A DNA stretch of 21,182 bases from the NCBI GenBank assembly GCA_000388065.2, contig KB932202.1. One strand, written 5' to 3'. The translations under genes and the position numbers were made by a program. Below the pieces are notes generated by a model that was not told the origin of the DNA, ran no database searches, and saw only the letters and a program-made list of their open reading frames with translations. Each line of letters opens with the position of its first letter. Position 1 is the first letter of the stretch. Positions 19,566 through 21,182 of this stretch are shown one piece after another. Origin of the DNA: Fonticula alba ATCC 38817 (Eukaryota > Protista > Nucleariida).

Positions 19566-20793
19566 ATGTCTGGTTCGTGCCTGCCTTTCCTCGCGCCCTG
19601 CTGCTGACCCTTTTTTCCTTCTGGCGAACACGCACTCTGCTGTCTCCCAGCCCCGTCCCCCCCTCCTCTCTCTCTCTCCCTCCTGCCCTCTCCCCTTCCT
19701 GCCTCTCCCGTGCATGTCCTCTCCCTTTTTTTGACGTGTGTGTCCTCCGGCCCGCACTCCGTCCCCTCCTCGGCCCTCGTCTCTTCTGTGCCGCCGTCGA
19801 TCTCCAGTGTCCCTGCTTCCGCGTCCGATCATCACCGTGATCATGATGCTCTTCGCACTGCTCCTGGTTGGCTTCGCTGCCGCCGCCAATGGTCGGTACC
19901 CCCTAGAGAGAAAGAAAGAGGAAGCAAGATAGAGAGAGACGCACAGAGAGTGACCCGTGAGCGAGACAGGCTGTGTGTGTGTGTATGTGTGCGAGAGAGA
20001 GCGAGAGAGAGAGAGAGAGAGAGAGAGANNNNNNNNNNNNNNNNNNNNNNNNNNNNNNNNNNNNNNNNNNNNNNNNNNNNNNNNNNNNNNNNNNNNNNNN
20101 NNNNNNNNNNNNNNNNNNNNNNNNNNNNNNNNNNNNNNNNNNNNNNNNNNNNNNNNNNNNNNNNNNNNNNNNNNNNNNNNNNNNNNNNNNNNNNNNNNNN
20201 NNNNNNNNNNNNNNNNNNNNNNNNNNNNNNNNNNNNNNNNNNNNNNNNNNNNNNNNNNNNNNNNNNNNNNNNNNNNNNNNNNNNNNNNNNNNNNNNNNNN
20301 NNNNNNNNNNNNNNNNNNNNNNNNNNNNNNNNNNNNNNNNNNNNNNNNNNNNNNNNNNNNNNNNNNNNNNNNNNNNNNNNNNNNNNNNNNNNNNNNNNNN
20401 NNNNNNNNNNNNNNNNNNNNNNNNNNNNNNNNNNNNNNNNNNNNNNNNNNNNNNNNNNNNNNNNNNNNNNNNNNNNNNNNNNNNNNNNNNNNNNNNNNNN
20501 NNNNNNNNNNNNNCCCCCCCCCCCCCTCCCCGGTATGTACATACGCACGCACACGCACACCCCCCACAGAGGCTCCCTACATCGTTCTCTTCAAGAAGGA
20601 GGCCACTGCCGAGGCCATCCAGAACCTCTATGCCAGCCACCCCATCGTGTCCAAGCTTGTCTTCAAGCACAAGTACGACATGGGTGACTTCCGTGGCTTC
20701 GCCGCCAACCTGAGCCCCGAGGCCAAGAACGTCATCTCCAACCTCCCCGAGGTCCGTGAGATTGAGGCCGATGGCGTCATGACCACCTGCTAA
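19566..20793 (+). CDS. Secreted stand-alone peptidase inhibitor I9 (subtilisin-propeptide-like) protein; exons 19566-19572, 19808-19891, 20570-20793; 104 aa
   Basis: Spliced product MSVSLLPRPIITVIMMLFALLLVGFAAAAN-EAPYIVLFKKEAT...KHKYDMGDFRGFAANLSPEAKNVISNLPEVREIEADGVMTTC* is a signal peptide plus the I9 pattern YIV.FK...Y...F.GFAA.L...P.V..IE.D..V. Donors GTTCGT (19573) and GTCGGT (19892) keep phase. A 485-N gap lies in intron 2. Confidence 0.8.
20029..20513. other. Assembly gap (485 N) between a (GA)n tract and a poly-C run
   Basis: Seen directly. Confidence 0.98.
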
Positions 20794-21182
20794 ATGGCAA
20801 ATGCGGGACCTGTGTGTCCCCCCTTTGGTGGCCGGGCGTGCGCGCGCGCGCACGTGTATGTGTGTGAGTCTCTGTGCATGGCCATATGTGTGACAGCACA
20901 CATGCCCGGAAGGCCGAGCCACACCGCGGAGCCGCCCCTCCAATCAATCACATAGTGTGAGGACCGGGGCGAGAGGGAGAGCAAGCGTGTATGCGTGTGC
21001 ACCCGCGCGCGCGCAGGACCGTTCCCCGCCTCCCTTGTTTCCCCCCTCCCCCCTCACACACACACACGCACACCCCACTTCCTGTGGATGTGTGTGTCTG
21101 GTCGGTAAATACAAAAAAACAAGCCTGCGTTGTATGTTTTCCTTCTGGTCCTGAGCGCGGGGATAGATGGGGGGCGTGGGGG

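Noticed and set aside
20533-20569. GTATGT...CAG resembling a 37-nt mini-intron before the I9 exon
   Set aside because: The upstream sequence would be a poly-C run next to the gap, and the 19892 donor already gives an in-frame product; cannot be fully excluded until the gap is closed.
1-21182. A functionally linked gene cluster or new multi-gene system
   Set aside because: The genes cover unrelated housekeeping processes (lipid transfer, ribosome biogenesis, splicing, endosomal traffic, nuclear export, ribonucleotide repair, mitochondrial acyl-CoA metabolism); nothing suggests co-function, mobility or horizontal origin.

Overview
GC-rich eukaryotic genomic DNA with compact spliced genes; introns are short and carry poly-C runs and (CT)n/(GT)n microsatellites. 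The style suggests a protist such as Fonticula alba, which is an inference from composition only. By hand-splicing I find nine protein-coding genes, mostly alternating in strand: a partial VASt/StARkin-like lipid-transfer protein (-), WDR55/Jip5 (+), a 791-aa disordered protein with TSSC4-like motifs and an RVxF PP1-docking motif (-), a 4-TM protein with a C-terminal KxKxx (+), MON1 (+), an NXT1/NTF2-family protein (-), RNASEH2B with a C-terminal PIP box (+), a mitochondrial crotonase-family enzyme (-) and a small secreted stand-alone I9 peptidase inhibitor (+). There are two N-gaps and two local duplications that are probably assembly artefacts. I see no mobile element, RNA gene, CRISPR array or functionally linked cluster, and I cannot support a new multi-gene system. 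The best leads are the PP1-motif/TSSC4 combination, the secreted I9 inhibitor, the unusual GTGCGY 5' splice consensus and two candidate GC-AG introns. All family assignments come from motif recognition from memory, not from database searches.
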